From an uncultured Planctomycetaceae bacterium (lineage in GTDB: Bacteria; Planctomycetota; Planctomycetia; Planctomycetales; Planctomycetaceae), in NCBI GenBank assembly GCA_963815195.1, contig CAWFGE010000012.1, forward strand, positions 785,220 to 849,219: 64,000 bases of DNA, in the 5' to 3' direction. This document shows, one piece after another, positions 29,225 to 41,865 of this stretch. Below the pieces are notes generated by a model. The model saw nothing but the letters and a program-made list of their open reading frames with translations, was not told where the DNA came from and did not search any database. Made by a program: the position numbers and the translations under genes. Positions within the stretch are counted from its first letter, which is position 1. The number at the start of each line of letters is the position of its first letter.

Positions 29225-29674
29225 ATGGACTATAAACCCCTGCCAATTCCAACCTTAACGCATTTGCAAGTGCTGATTTGCTGGGCGCTCCAATCGCCGT
29301 ATTGGGAAGGATTGACCGTCCGCGACTTATTGGCTTTGCTCAAACGGCACGGCGAGAACATGAGCGAGTCGGCGTTTTATCAGTTGATGCAGCGCCTGGA
29401 AACCGCCGGCTACGTCGACAGCGAGATTACGCCTCCCGCCTCCAAACGCCGGCGGTCGCGGCTCTTGTCCCGCTGGTATCGCCTCACCCGCGACGGCCGG
29501 GAGGAACTGGCCCGCACGATGGAGTTCTATCAAGCCCACATGCAGCACCCCAAGCGGTTTTTCTGTGCCGATTTTAACGTCAGCCTGTTGACCGAAGACG
29601 ACTGGAACGGCGACCGGGCCATCAAAAGCCTGCCCGACTTGTCCGAAGAAAACGAGACCCGCGAACCACACTAA
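29225..29674 (+). CDS. Putative winged-helix (PadR/MarR-like) DNA-binding protein
   Basis: LTVRDLLALLKRHGENMSESAFYQLMQRLETAGYVDSE resembles a wHTH recognition region. 149 aa. Confidence 0.4.
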   Translation: MDYKPLPIPTLTHLQVLICWALQSPYWEGLTVRDLLALLKRHGENMSESAFYQLMQRLETAGYVDSEITPPASKRRRSRLLSRWYRLTRDGREELARTMEFYQAHMQHPKRFFCADFNVSLLTEDDWNGDRAIKSLPDLSEENETREPH

Positions 29675-29767
29675 CGCAGCGACGCCCCAATCAATGTAGC
29701 GGCGGCGTCTGGAAGCCCCCGCTACGAAGATTCCCGCCATCTCCATTAACCGCATGAGGACACGCGA

Positions 29768-31057
<1,290 letters not shown>

Positions 31058-31088
31058 TGTCCAACCTATAGATACATCGCTGCTTTGT

Positions 31089-31120
31089 CCCTTCTCCCCT
31101 CGGGGGAGAGGCTCAGGGGG
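31089..31120. repeat. CCCTTCTCCCC/GGGGAGAGG hairpin motif (related to 22283-22320)
   Basis: cccttctcccctcgggggagaggctcaggggg, compared with ccctctccccttgggggagagggcagggtgagggg. Confidence 0.6.
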
Positions 31121-31193
31121 CCTCGACGCGAGAATCCTAAAGTTATTCAACAACACCCACGAAATCTAAATAGTCGCTTTGGAGCTATATAAC

Positions 31194-32078
31194 ATGTCCG
31201 ACAATCCGCTCGATCACGACTTCAATAAAAAATCCGAGTTCCTCGTCGGCATCGACTCGGACGGCTGCGCCTTCGATACGATGGAGATCAAGCACAAAGA
31301 ATGCTTCATCCCTAACACCGTGAAATACTTCGGCTTGCAATCGGTGTCTAAATATGCCCGCGAAGCTGCGGAGTTTGTCAATCTGTATTCCAAATGGCGG
31401 GGCATCAACCGCTTCCCCGCCCTCACGATGACGCTGGATCTTTTGGAAGACCGCCCCGAAGTCAAAAACCGCGGCACGAGAATCCCCAAGCTCCAAGGCC
31501 TTCGGGACTGGATCGAACGCGAAACCAAGCTCGGCAATCCGGCCCTGACCGCGGAAGTCGAAAAGACGGGAGATGCAGACCTTAAACTGGTGCTCGCGTG
31601 GTCTACCGCGGTCAATAATATGGTTGAAGATATGGTCCACGGGGTGGCTCCGTTCCCGTTCGTGAAGCAGAGCCTGGAAAAACTCGCCCCGCTCTCAGAG
31701 ATGATTGTCTGCTCAGCCACTCCCAATGCCGCCTTAAAAAAAGAATGGGAAGAGCACAGCATCGACCAATATGTCCAGGCGATTTGTGGCCAGGAAGCCG
31801 GCAGCAAAAAAGAAACCCTCGGCCAGGCGAAAGAATTCGGCTACGACGACAATAAGACACTGATGATCGGCGACGCCCCCGGCGACATGAAAGCGGCCAA
31901 AGCGGTGGGGGCGTTGTTCTTCCCTATCAACCCCGGCCGCGAGGAGGCGAGTTGGGAGCGATTCTATAAGGAGGCCTGCGACAAGTTCCTGAATGGTGAA
32001 TATGCGGGAGATTATGAAAAGCAACTCATCGCCGAGTTCGACGAATACCTCCCCGAACTCCCCCCGTGGAAACGCTGA
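31194..32078 (+). CDS. HAD-superfamily hydrolase
   Basis: FLVGIDSDGCAFDT (DxD motif I), VCSATP (motif II) and MIGDAPGDMKAAKAVG (motif IV). ATG at 31194. Confidence 0.75.
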   Translation: MSDNPLDHDFNKKSEFLVGIDSDGCAFDTMEIKHKECFIPNTVKYFGLQSVSKYAREAAEFVNLYSKWRGINRFPALTMTLDLLEDRPEVKNRGTRIPKLQGLRDWIERETKLGNPALTAEVEKTGDADLKLVLAWSTAVNNMVEDMVHGVAPFPFVKQSLEKLAPLSEMIVCSATPNAALKKEWEEHSIDQYVQAICGQEAGSKKETLGQAKEFGYDDNKTLMIGDAPGDMKAAKAVGALFFPINPGREEASWERFYKEACDKFLNGEYAGDYEKQLIAEFDEYLPELPPWKR

Positions 32079-32155
32079 GGCTCGATGCATGCTCGTGGCA
32101 AATAGGTCCTTTCGATAACTTTGCTATATCTCGCTCTCTAAGGAATAAAACAACC

Positions 32156-33620
32156 ATGTCACAACACGATATCGGACTCGTCGGCCTCGCGGTGATGGGA
32201 CAGAATCTTGTCCTCAATATGGCCAACCATGGGTTTTCCGTCGGAGTGTTTAACCGCACCACAAGCGTCACGGATGAATTCGTCGGCGAACTTTCCAACC
32301 GGCCGGCGGATGTCGTTCATGAAGGCACGCCGAAACGGATTCAAGGCTATCATTCGCTCAAGGAACTGGTCGAGAACCTCAAATCCCCCCGCCGGGTGAT
32401 GATTATGGTCAAAGCCGGCGCTCCGGTGGATGCGGTGATCAATGAACTGACGACGCTGCTTTCCCCGGGCGATATCCTCATCGACGGCGGCAATTCCGAT
32501 TTCAATGACACCAATCGGCGATCCGAGGCGCTTAGGAACGCGGGCTTTCAGTTTATCGGCACCGGCGTTTCCGGCGGGGAAGAAGGCGCCCTCAAGGGGC
32601 CCAGCATCATGCCCGGCGGCCACCACGAAGCCTGGCCGCACGTCAAAGACATTTTGCAATCCATCAGCGCCAAAGTCGGCCCGAACCATGACATCCCCTG
32701 CTGCGACTGGGTCGGTGAAAACGGGGCGGGCCACTATGTCAAAATGGTCCACAACGGAATTGAATACGGCGATATGCAGCTCATCTGCGAAGCCTATTTT
32801 CTCCTGAAACACACGCTCGATCTCGCGAACGAAGAACTCTATCAAGTCTTCAGCGAATGGGACAAAGGCGAACTGGATAGTTACTTGATCGAGATCACCC
32901 GCGACATTTTCACGGTGATCGACCCCGACACCGGGGATTATCTGGTCGATAAAATTCTCGACACCGCACAGCAAAAGGGCACCGGCAAATGGATGAGCCA
33001 GCATGCCCTCGACCTGGGCGTGCCGACGACGTTGATCACCGAAGCCGTGTATGCCCGCTGCCTCTCGGCTCAAAAAGAAGCCCGCGTCCGGGCGTCCAAA
33101 GTGCTCTCCGGTCCGGACGCCAAGTTTAAAGGAAACAAGCAGCAGTTTATCGAAGATGTCCGCCAGGCGCTTTATGCTTCGAAACTCGTCAGCTATGCCC
33201 AGGGTTATGTGCAACTCGATGCCGCGGCTAGGGAGTTCGGCTGGACGCTCAACAACGGCAGCATCGCCCTGTTGTGGCGCGGCGGTTGTATTATCCGCTC
33301 CACGTTCCTCGAAGACATTAAGTCGGCCTTCGATAAAGATCCGAATCTAGAAAACCTGCTGCTGGACGACTTCTTTAAGTCGGCCATTGACAAAGCCCAG
33401 CCGAGTTGGCGGCGGGTGGTGGCGACGGCGGTGGAACTCGGCTTGCCCGTCCCGGGATTCGCCGCCGCGCTCAGCTACTATGACGGCTACCGCCGCGACC
33501 GGCTGCCGGCCAACTTGCTGCAAGTCCCAGCGCGACTACTTCGGCGCCCACACCTACCGCCGGGTCGATAAGGAAGGCACGTTCCACACCGATTGGATTC
33601 ACGAACGCAAGCTCAGCTAG
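32156..33620 (+). CDS. gnd: 6-phosphogluconate dehydrogenase (decarboxylating), frame broken at the CCC run 33526-33528
   Basis: MSQHDIGLVGLAVMGQNLVLNMANHGF..., full-length Gnd similarity. The conserved end QRDYFGAHTYRRVDKEGTFHTDWI is in ORF 33387-33620. Deleting one C restores ...LPANLLQVQRDYFGAH. Confidence 0.92.
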
Positions 33621-33683
33621 GCGCGGTTTGTCAGCCTTTCAACTCGGGGCGATTTATGCGGCTATTGTTCTTAGGAAAATGCC

Positions 33684-34625
33684 GTGGCGAATCCTTTGTT
33701 TCCCCAGTTCTATTGTCCGAGTTGCCGAACTCGTTTAAGCCAGCCTTTGCCCGAGTTGCTGGTTTGCGAAGAGTGCCAAAGCGAGTATCCGATTTTGGGC
33801 GGGATTCCGCGGTTTGTGCAGGAACAGCATTTGGCGAGTTTTGGATTTCAGTGGAATCAATATGAGGTCGCCCACCCCGAGGAAGACCGGGCGACGTTCG
33901 AGGCGAAAACGGGGTTTCGTCTTGCGGATCTCGCGGGGCGCGACGTTCTCGATGCGGGCTGCGGCGGGGGGCGATATTCGAAAATCGCAGCCCAAGCGGG
34001 GGCGAACGTCCTGGGAGCCGACCACACCAGCGCCGTGGAGAAAGCGGCCGATTTATGCCGGGATTCAGACCGTGCGAACTTTATACAAGCCGATTTGAAG
34101 AACCTGCCGCTCGCGGAAGCTTCGTTCGATGCCGCGTTTTCAATCGGGGTGATGCATCACGATCAGGAGACCCGCGCGGTGTTTGACGCCGTCGCCAAGA
34201 TGGTGAAGCCCGGCGGCCGGCTGGCGGTTTGGCTTTACCGCCGCAACCAGTGGTGGCAGGAAGGGATCAATCGCTTTCTTAGAAAACGCACGGTTCCTAT
34301 GTCGCCGCCAAAACTGGAAAGGCTTGCGAAACTCGGGGCGTGGTTGGGCGGGATTCCCCTCGTCAATAAGACGCTCAATAAGGTTCTCAATTTCAGCAAC
34401 CACCCCAACTACGAGAACCGCGTCTGCGACACCTATGACTGGTACGCCCCGGCCTACCAGCACCATCACACCACGGAAGAACTTTGCCAATGGTTTCGCG
34501 AGGCGGGTTATGACAACCTCGTGATCCTCCCGCCCGAAAAACGTGGCCGATTCTATATGTGGAGCTATCGCCTGAACCTGATCATCGGCAGCGGCGTCAA
34601 CGTGCAAGGCACGCGGCGGACCTAG
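33684..34625 (+). CDS. Class I SAM-dependent methyltransferase with an N-terminal zinc-ribbon
   Basis: CPSC...CEEC ribbon, VLDAGCGGGRYS (motif I), and DAAFSIGVMHH / VKPGGRLAVW. Confidence 0.8.
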   Translation: MANPLFPQFYCPSCRTRLSQPLPELLVCEECQSEYPILGGIPRFVQEQHLASFGFQWNQYEVAHPEEDRATFEAKTGFRLADLAGRDVLDAGCGGGRYSKIAAQAGANVLGADHTSAVEKAADLCRDSDRANFIQADLKNLPLAEASFDAAFSIGVMHHDQETRAVFDAVAKMVKPGGRLAVWLYRRNQWWQEGINRFLRKRTVPMSPPKLERLAKLGAWLGGIPLVNKTLNKVLNFSNHPNYENRVCDTYDWYAPAYQHHHTTEELCQWFREAGYDNLVILPPEKRGRFYMWSYRLNLIIGSGVNVQGTRRT

Positions 34626-34657
34626 TTTCGACAATTCTCGCGGCTCGAACGAGGCAT

Positions 34658-36361
34658 CTAGGATTCTGCGTCGGCTTCCGTATCGGGGGGACTCTTGACG
34701 ACGCTCGTCCACAACCAGCGAGACTGGTCTTCGCCGATGCGCGTCTGAAACACGAGGTTTAAGATATGACAACTCAGGATCGTCGCCAGCCAGGATGTGG
34801 GCACCACGAGGTGCGTGGAAAAGGGTTGATCGAAAAACTCCATGCTATAGCTCGTGGAGATGCCCACCGCTTCGCCGATGAGGACCGCGGGAATGACCGT
34901 GGCGGCCGTTGCCCGCCGGGAAAACATCGCCAGGATAAACAGCCCGCCCAAGGGCCCGAGAAAACAATTGAACCCCTTCTGGGTGAGCGAGATAATATCG
35001 GTGCCTTTCGAGATATGATAGATAAGCACGGTGACCGCGACGATCACGACCCCCATCGCAGCGGTGAGGAAGCGGGCGACTTTCAACTCCGACGCATCGC
35101 TCGATTGATGGGAATTGCGCGGGCGGACGAAGTCGATGGTGACAATCGTGGAGATCGAGTTGGCCCCGGAGTCGATGGTGGACATTGCCGCCGCGAAGAG
35201 TGCCGCCACGACAAGCCCGCGCATCCCCGCCGGCAAAAAGGTCGAGATGAACTGCGGGAAGATCTTGTCCTGGGCTTCGGTCCGCGCTTTGTGAAGTTCC
35301 TGCCGGGTGGCTTGGTCCGCACCGTGGGGCAGCATGGCCTCGAGTTGCGGTTTCGCGGGCAGATGGTTTTCCGGCAGCCGAATAAAGTGGAGCAGCGACA
35401 ATCCGACCCCCGCCAAGAGCACGCCGAGTCCGAAACTGGCCAGTGCGCTGACTAAATAGCTTCGCCGAGCGGCCGCGATGTCTTTGACGGAAAAATACCG
35501 CTGAAGCGCGACCTGGTTCGCACCGTGCGTGCAGAGGAACCAGAACGTCATGCCCACGGTAATAAAACACACCGTGGACCGGTTGCCGATGTCCCAACTC
35601 GCCCATTCGACGGATTCGCGGTGCGGGTAGGCTTCAAACGAGCGGAGCCAATCGTCGAGGCCGGAGTTCGTGATGTAGGCGATATAGCCGATCGTGTAAA
35701 TCGCGCCGGCCACCAGGATGAAGAACTGCACCACGTCGGTCCACACGACCGCCCGCATCCCGCCGAGCGTGGTATAGAACACCGAAAACAGTCCGATCGA
35801 GAGAATTAGCGCGTGCAAGTCGGCATCGCGGTATTGGGGAGTCGTCGCGGTCGCGGCGTGGTTGACGCCGAAAAACCAATCCAGATCGAGCACCACAATT
35901 TCCGCCATCGCCCGCGAGGCCGTGAGTACGACAACCGACATCCAACCCAGCAATAGCAAAATGCAAAACGCGGCGGCGAGGGCGCGGACGGAATAATTGA
36001 AACGCCGTTCGAGATATTCGTACGCGCTGGTCAACCTCATCCGCATGAAGAAAGGCAGGAAAACGTACCAGACCACAACGAGAACAATGGGAACCCCGAG
36101 TTGCCGGGTCAAAAAGCCGAGCCCCGTGCGGAACATTTCGCCGGGCATGCCCAGGTAGGTGATGGTGGACAGCAGCGAAGCCAGCAGGCTGATGCCGACG
36201 GCCCACGCCGGAAGGTTGCGGCCGCCCACGAAAAAATCGTCCGTCGAATGCTGGCGGACGGCAATTCGCACGCCCATCACGAGCATGGATAACAGATACA
36301 CGCCAACGACGGCGTGATCCCAGATCGTCAACCCGCGGTCGGCTTGCGCGAGAAGCAGCAT
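34658..36361 (-). CDS. Sodium:solute symporter (SSF) family transporter
   Basis: DDFFVGGRNLPAWAVGISLLASLLSTITYLGMPGEMF and about 13-14 TM helices. The start may be ATG 36361 or GTG 36388. Confidence 0.85.
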   Translation of the reverse strand: MLLLAQADRGLTIWDHAVVGVYLLSMLVMGVRIAVRQHSTDDFFVGGRNLPAWAVGISLLASLLSTITYLGMPGEMFRTGLGFLTRQLGVPIVLVVVWYVFLPFFMRMRLTSAYEYLERRFNYSVRALAAAFCILLLLGWMSVVVLTASRAMAEIVVLDLDWFFGVNHAATATTPQYRDADLHALILSIGLFSVFYTTLGGMRAVVWTDVVQFFILVAGAIYTIGYIAYITNSGLDDWLRSFEAYPHRESVEWASWDIGNRSTVCFITVGMTFWFLCTHGANQVALQRYFSVKDIAAARRSYLVSALASFGLGVLLAGVGLSLLHFIRLPENHLPAKPQLEAMLPHGADQATRQELHKARTEAQDKIFPQFISTFLPAGMRGLVVAALFAAAMSTIDSGANSISTIVTIDFVRPRNSHQSSDASELKVARFLTAAMGVVIVAVTVLIYHISKGTDIISLTQKGFNCFLGPLGGLFILAMFSRRATAATVIPAVLIGEAVGISTSYSMEFFDQPFSTHLVVPTSWLATILSCHILNLVFQTRIGEDQSRWLWTSVVKSPPDTEADAES

Positions 36362-36608
36362 GAAGGATTCTCTTGAAAGAGGAAGCACCTATGGAAAATC
36401 GCGAAGGACTCGATTGTACCAGTCCGAACCCATTCTTCCATCGCGAGGGAGGATTGTCCGTGCCGCCTCGGAATTCACAACGCACCATTCATAACAACGA
36501 GAACCGCGCGAAGAATTCCCGGGGTATGTTTGAAGAATCCCGGGCGGATCGCTTACCATCAGGTATTCCCCCAATCGCTTTTTTGTTCCTGGATGTGGAG
36601 TTCGCGAT

Positions 36609-39600
36609 ATGCCGCTGTTGTCTGGTGCCCGTTGGGCGAGTGTTTCCCGCTGTTTGGGCGTGGCGCTGTTGGCCTGTGGTCTGCCGTTTTTGTTTGGGGC
36701 CGATGCCCCCGAGAAGAAGGCCAAGTCCTCCGACAAACCCCTGTTCGCGAGCGACGTGGTCACCGCCAAAACGCCCGGCCATGCCGTCGAAATCGAAGTG
36801 GACATCACCGGTGCGAAGCGGCTTGCCCTTGTCGTCACCGACGGAGGCGACGGCTTCAGTTGCGATTGGGTCGATTGGGCCGAGCCGCGATTGATCGGAC
36901 CCGAGGGCGAAAAGAAGCTCACCGACCTCAACTGGAAACAGGCGAAAGCCGATTGGGGCCAGGTGCGAAAGAACCAAAACGCCGGCGGCGGTTCAATGAA
37001 GATCGACGGCAAACCCGTGGCCTACGGCATCGGCACGCACGCGGAATCGCTGATCACCTTCGACCTGCCGGCGGGTTATACGAAGTTCCGCTGCCGGGCC
37101 GGTCTGGACAACGGCGGCACCGACCAGAACAACAACGGCACCACGAGTGCGAAGTTTCTCGTCTTCGCCGATCCGAATCCCCGCGTGCTCGCCGCTTTGG
37201 TTCAGCCCAAAGCCGGGGGCGGCGGCAACCGGGGCAATCTTCCGCCCGGCGAAGCACTCGACGGGTTGGATGTCGCGGACGGTCTGGAAGTCACCCTCTT
37301 CGCCCACGAGCCGCTGACCTTGAGCCCCTCGAACATCGATGTGGATGCCCAGGGCCGGGTCTGGGTTTGCGAAGTCGTCAACTACCGCCACTTCGCCAAC
37401 AAGAACAATCCCCTCCGCGAAGCGGGCGACCGGATTTTGATTCTCGAAGACACCGACGGCGACGCCAAGGCCGACAAGCAAACCGTGTTCTATCAGGGCC
37501 GGGATATCGATTCGGCCCACGGCGTTTGCGTTCTGGGCAACAAAGCCATCGTCTCCGCGCTCGACAGCGTGTATATCCTCACCGACACCGACGGCGATTG
37601 GAAAGCCGATAAGAAGGACCTGCTCTTCACCGGGATCGCCGGGGCCCAGCACGACCACGGCATCCATTCGTTCCTGTTTGGTCCCGACGGCAAGTTGTAT
37701 TTCAACTTCGGCAACGCCGGGCAGCACATCAAGGACAAAAACGGCAAGCCGATCGTTGATCGACAAGGGAACGAAGTCAACAACTCCCGCAAACCTTACC
37801 AGGAAGGCATGGTGTTTCGCTGCAATCTCGACGGCTCGGAATTCGAAACCCTGGGCTGGAATTTTCGGAACAATTGGGAACTCGCGGTCGACAGCTTCGG
37901 CACGATCTGGCAGTCCGACAACGATGACGACGGCAACCGCGGCGTCAGGATCAATTATGTGATGGAGTTCGGCAACTTCGGCTACAAAGATGAAATCACC
38001 GGAGCCGGCTGGAAAGATCCCCGCACCGGCATGCACGAGGAAATCCCCAAGCGGCATTGGCATTTGAACGATCCCGGCGTGGTGCCGAACCTCTTGCAAA
38101 CCGGGGCCGGCTCGCCCACGGGGATTTGCGTCTATGAAGGCGACCTCTTGCCCAAGCGATTCCAAAATCAACTCATCCACGCTGATGCCGGTCCGAACAT
38201 CGTGCGGGCCTATCTGGTGAAGAACGACGGGGCCGGTTATTCCGCGACGATCGACAACATCCTCGAAGGCACGCGGGACCAGTGGTTCCGCCCGTCGGAT
38301 GTGTGCGTCGCTCCGGATGGCTCGCTCTTAATCGCGGACTGGTACGACCCCGGCGTGGGCGGGCACCGCATGGGCGATATTCAAAAGGGCCGCATCTTCC
38401 GCATCGCCCCGCCGAAGAGTTCCTACAAAACACCGAAGTTCGATTTCAGCACGCCGGAAGGCGCGGCGGACGCTTTGAAAAATCCGAACCTCGCCGTGCG
38501 GTATCTGGCTTGGACTTCGCTTCATAAGATGGGCGACAAAGCCGAACCCGCGCTGTTGAAAATGTTCAATGACAAATCCAACCCGCGCTATCGTGCCCGG
38601 GCATTGTGGCTGTTGGGCAAAATCGACGGCAAAGGCCAAGAATACGTGGAAAAAGCCACCGAAGATGAAAATCCCAACATTCGCATCGTCGGTCTGCGGT
38701 TGGCGCGGGAATTGAAGTTGGACATCATTCCGATCGTTGAACCGTTAGTCCAAGATAAATCCGCTCAGGTTCGTCGCGAATGTGCTATCGCGCTACGGCA
38801 TCACAGCTCGCCCGAGGCCGCCAATTTTTGGTCCAGGTTGGCAATGCAATACAAACCCGGCGACCGCTGGTACTTGGAAGCCTTAGGGATTGGTGCCGAT
38901 GGACAATGGGATCGCTATCTGGATTTATGGTTGGATCTAATAAACAACCAAGTGACGAACCATCCCATCCCTCGCGACGTCATTTGGCGTTCCCGCGCGA
39001 AGAAGACTCCGGATTTAATTGCGAGCATCATTTTAGATCCCAACACTCCCGCTGAGGAACTGCCCCGCTATTTCCGGGCACTGGATTTATTACAGGTGCC
39101 CGGTGTGAAGGATGCAGTGATGGAAATCGCCTTCGCCGACTTAAAAGGCGATGCCGAGCGGAAGAATTTTATTACCCGCGAAGCCTTTGAGCGGTTGAAA
39201 GGCGTCAACGTTCAAAACGATCCCAAGGCGAAAGCCAAGCTCAAATCGATTCTGGACGACTCCCAAGGCACGGAGCAGTTTGTGGAGTTGGTCGGGAAGT
39301 TCAGCGTGATGGAACGCTATCCCGATTTGCTGGCGCTGGCGCAATCCAAACCGGATTCACAACTCGGTGTGGAAGCCATGCGGACTTTGCTCGCGAAGAA
39401 TCAAACCCAACTGGTCGCCAAGGCCATTGATGAAAAAAATCCGCAAGCCGCCGAGCAGACCGTCAAAGCCCTAGGCAATGCGGGCGACAAACGGGCGGAG
39501 GATATGCTCTGGAAGTTGATCGATGACAACGAGCAACTTCTCGCGATCCGCCGGGCCGCGGTCCTGGCCGCGGGCCGATCGCGAAACAGCGCCCTAAAAC

Positions 39601-40229
39601 TTGCCCGGCTCGCCGGCGAAGGCAAGCTCGACAGCAAACTCAAAGATGCCACCGCGTCGGCTCTGCATACCGCCGAGTGGCCGGAGATCAAAGCCCAGGC
39701 CGCGCGGCTGTTCCCGCTGCCTGCTTCCAAGAACAACAAGCCCCTGCCGCCGATCGAGCAGCTTGTCAAACGCCAAGGCGACATTCAGAAAGGCCGGGTC
39801 TTATTCAACACGACCGCGACCTGTGTGAAGTGCCATATCGTGAACAACGTCGGCCGCGAAGTCGGGCCGGATCTCTCGGAGATTGGCAAAAAGCTCAGCC
39901 GGGAGGCGATGTTCCAATCGATCCTGTTCCCAAGCGCGGGCATCAGCCACAACTACGAAGCCTACCTCATCGCCCTCGCCGACGGCACCACGGTCAACGG
40001 TTTGGTGCCCAGCCGAACGGAACAAGAAATCTCCGTCAAAGGCATCGACGGCATCGTGCGGACTTACAAGATGTCCGACGTGGAGATCGTCAAAAAGCAG
40101 GACCTGTCCCTGATGCCCGCGGACCTCCAAAAAGTGATGAGCGAAGAGGACCTGATCGACGTGGTCGAGTATCTCACGACGCTCAAAGAGGCCAAGAAGT
40201 TCGACGAGAAAGGCGGTGGGGGGAAATAG
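36609..40229 (+). CDS. PVC-type heme-binding CxxCH protein: NPCBM-like module, putative membrane-bound dehydrogenase beta-propeller, HEAT repeats and a C-terminal cytochrome c domain
   Basis: Signal peptide; NPCBM-like VDWAEPRLIG...GIGTHAESLITFDLPAGYTKFRCRAGLDNGG; LFAHEPLTLSPSNIDVDAQGRVWVCEVVNYR; HEAT-like repeats; CVKCH ... VGPDLSEIGKKLSREAMFQSILFPS. Confidence 0.85.
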   Translation: MPLLSGARWASVSRCLGVALLACGLPFLFGADAPEKKAKSSDKPLFASDVVTAKTPGHAVEIEVDITGAKRLALVVTDGGDGFSCDWVDWAEPRLIGPEGEKKLTDLNWKQAKADWGQVRKNQNAGGGSMKIDGKPVAYGIGTHAESLITFDLPAGYTKFRCRAGLDNGGTDQNNNGTTSAKFLVFADPNPRVLAALVQPKAGGGGNRGNLPPGEALDGLDVADGLEVTLFAHEPLTLSPSNIDVDAQGRVWVCEVVNYRHFANKNNPLREAGDRILILEDTDGDAKADKQTVFYQGRDIDSAHGVCVLGNKAIVSALDSVYILTDTDGDWKADKKDLLFTGIAGAQHDHGIHSFLFGPDGKLYFNFGNAGQHIKDKNGKPIVDRQGNEVNNSRKPYQEGMVFRCNLDGSEFETLGWNFRNNWELAVDSFGTIWQSDNDDDGNRGVRINYVMEFGNFGYKDEITGAGWKDPRTGMHEEIPKRHWHLNDPGVVPNLLQTGAGSPTGICVYEGDLLPKRFQNQLIHADAGPNIVRAYLVKNDGAGYSATIDNILEGTRDQWFRPSDVCVAPDGSLLIADWYDPGVGGHRMGDIQKGRIFRIAPPKSSYKTPKFDFSTPEGAADALKNPNLAVRYLAWTSLHKMGDKAEPALLKMFNDKSNPRYRARALWLLGKIDGKGQEYVEKATEDENPNIRIVGLRLARELKLDIIPIVEPLVQDKSAQVRRECAIALRHHSSPEAANFWSRLAMQYKPGDRWYLEALGIGADGQWDRYLDLWLDLINNQVTNHPIPRDVIWRSRAKKTPDLIASIILDPNTPAEELPRYFRALDLLQVPGVKDAVMEIAFADLKGDAERKNFITREAFERLKGVNVQNDPKAKAKLKSILDDSQGTEQFVELVGKFSVMERYPDLLALAQSKPDSQLGVEAMRTLLAKNQTQLVAKAIDEKNPQAAEQTVKALGNAGDKRAEDMLWKLIDDNEQLLAIRRAAVLAAGRSRNSALKLARLAGEGKLDSKLKDATASALHTAEWPEIKAQAARLFPLPASKNNKPLPPIEQLVKRQGDIQKGRVLFNTTATCVKCHIVNNVGREVGPDLSEIGKKLSREAMFQSILFPSAGISHNYEAYLIALADGTTVNGLVPSRTEQEISVKGIDGIVRTYKMSDVEIVKKQDLSLMPADLQKVMSEEDLIDVVEYLTTLKEAKKFDEKGGGGK

Positions 40230-40278
40230 CTGGCTCCGGGATCAGTGTTTACGCTTCTCGGCGAGGGCGGGCCGCGGA

Positions 40279-41865
40279 TTAAATCTTCGGACCGGCGTTT
40301 CTGACTTCGTCGCTGACGCCGTTGGCGAAGCCTTCGAAGTTCTGCTGGAACAGCTTCGCGAGCTTGCCGGCGGTTTCGCGGAAGCGGTTTTTGTCCCGCC
40401 AGGTCTCTTCGGGAACGAGCAGGTCCGAGGACACGTGCGGGCAGGCGGTGACGACTTCAAACCCGAAGACCCGGTCCGTCTGCGTGGGGGCGTGGGCCAA
40501 CTGGCCGGAATGGATCGCGTCCACAATCGCCCGCGTGTTCGCGAGCTTGATGCGGTGCCCGACCCCGTAGGCCCCGCCGGTCCAGCCTGTGTTGATCAGC
40601 CACACGTCGGCCCGGTGCCTTTTGATCCGCTGGGCCAAGAGGTCGGCATATTTGCCCGGATGCCAGACCAGAAACGGCCCGCCGAAGCACGGCGAGAACG
40701 CCGCCTGCGGTTCCTCGACGCCCATCTCGGTCCCCGCGACCTTGGCCGTGTAGCCGCTGATGAAATGATACTCCGCCTGGGCCGGGGTGAGCCGGCTCAC
40801 CGGCGGCAACACGCCAAAGGCGTCGCAAGTCAGAAAGATCACATCGGTCGGATGCTCCGACACGCAGGGAAGCTTGGCGTTGTCGATATAGTCGATCGGA
40901 TAAGACCCGCGCGTGTTCTGCGTGATCGTCGTGTTCGCGAAATCCACGTGACGGTCCGCTTCGTCGTAGATCACGTTTTCCAAGACGGCCCCGTATTTGA
41001 GGGCGTCGAAAATCTGAGGCTCGGCTTCGCGGGTCAAATAAATCGCCTTCGCATAGCAGCCGCCTTCGATATTGAAGATGCCCTCGTCGGTCCAGCAGTG
41101 CTCGTCGTCGCCGATCAACAGCCGATGCGGGTCCGCGGAGAGCGTGGTCTTCCCGGTCCCCGACAGCCCGAACAGCACCGACGACTTGCCCGTCTCCTTG
41201 TCCTCGGTCGCCGAGCAGTGCATCGACAACACGCCCCGCTTGGGCATGAGGTAATTCATCAGCGTGAACACGGCTTTCTTCATTTCGCCGGCGTACTCGG
41301 TGCCCAGGATCACGACTTCGCCGCGCTCCAGGCTCAGGTCCACGCTGGTTTTGGAGGTCATGCCGGTGGTGTAGCGGTTGGCGGGAAAGGCCCCGGCGTT
41401 CAGGATCACGCAGTCCGGCTCGCCGAAGTTCTCCAATTGCTCCCGCGTGGGCCGAATGAGCATGTTGTGCATGAACAGCGCATGATACGGCCAGGCGCAG
41501 ATCACGCGGACCTTGAGTTGATACTTCGGATCCCAACCCGCGAAGGCATCGATGACGTACAGCGTATCGCGGGTGTTGAGATAATCGACAGCCCGTTCGC
41601 GATTGATGGCGAAGGTCAACTCGTCCAACGGCACGTTCACCGCGCCCCACCAGACATTGGGTTCCGAATCGGGATGCTTGACGACCCGCTTGTCCTTGGG
41701 CGAGCGGCCGGTCTTGTCGCCGGAGTAGGCAATCAATGCCCCGCGGTTGGAAATCGTGCTTTTGCGGTCTTTGCGAATCGCTTCTTCATAGAGATGGGCC
41801 GGTGCGGGGTTCCGCCGAATCTCCTCGACATCCAACCCATACGCCGCCAAGAGATGCTCCGCCAT
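40279..41865 (-). CDS. pckA: Phosphoenolpyruvate carboxykinase (ATP)
   Basis: 528 aa with GDKTGRSPKDK and GLSGTGKTTLS (kinase-1a), and full-length PckA-like order of motifs. Confidence 0.93.
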   Translation of the reverse strand: MAEHLLAAYGLDVEEIRRNPAPAHLYEEAIRKDRKSTISNRGALIAYSGDKTGRSPKDKRVVKHPDSEPNVWWGAVNVPLDELTFAINRERAVDYLNTRDTLYVIDAFAGWDPKYQLKVRVICAWPYHALFMHNMLIRPTREQLENFGEPDCVILNAGAFPANRYTTGMTSKTSVDLSLERGEVVILGTEYAGEMKKAVFTLMNYLMPKRGVLSMHCSATEDKETGKSSVLFGLSGTGKTTLSADPHRLLIGDDEHCWTDEGIFNIEGGCYAKAIYLTREAEPQIFDALKYGAVLENVIYDEADRHVDFANTTITQNTRGSYPIDYIDNAKLPCVSEHPTDVIFLTCDAFGVLPPVSRLTPAQAEYHFISGYTAKVAGTEMGVEEPQAAFSPCFGGPFLVWHPGKYADLLAQRIKRHRADVWLINTGWTGGAYGVGHRIKLANTRAIVDAIHSGQLAHAPTQTDRVFGFEVVTACPHVSSDLLVPEETWRDKNRFRETAGKLAKLFQQNFEGFANGVSDEVRNAGPKI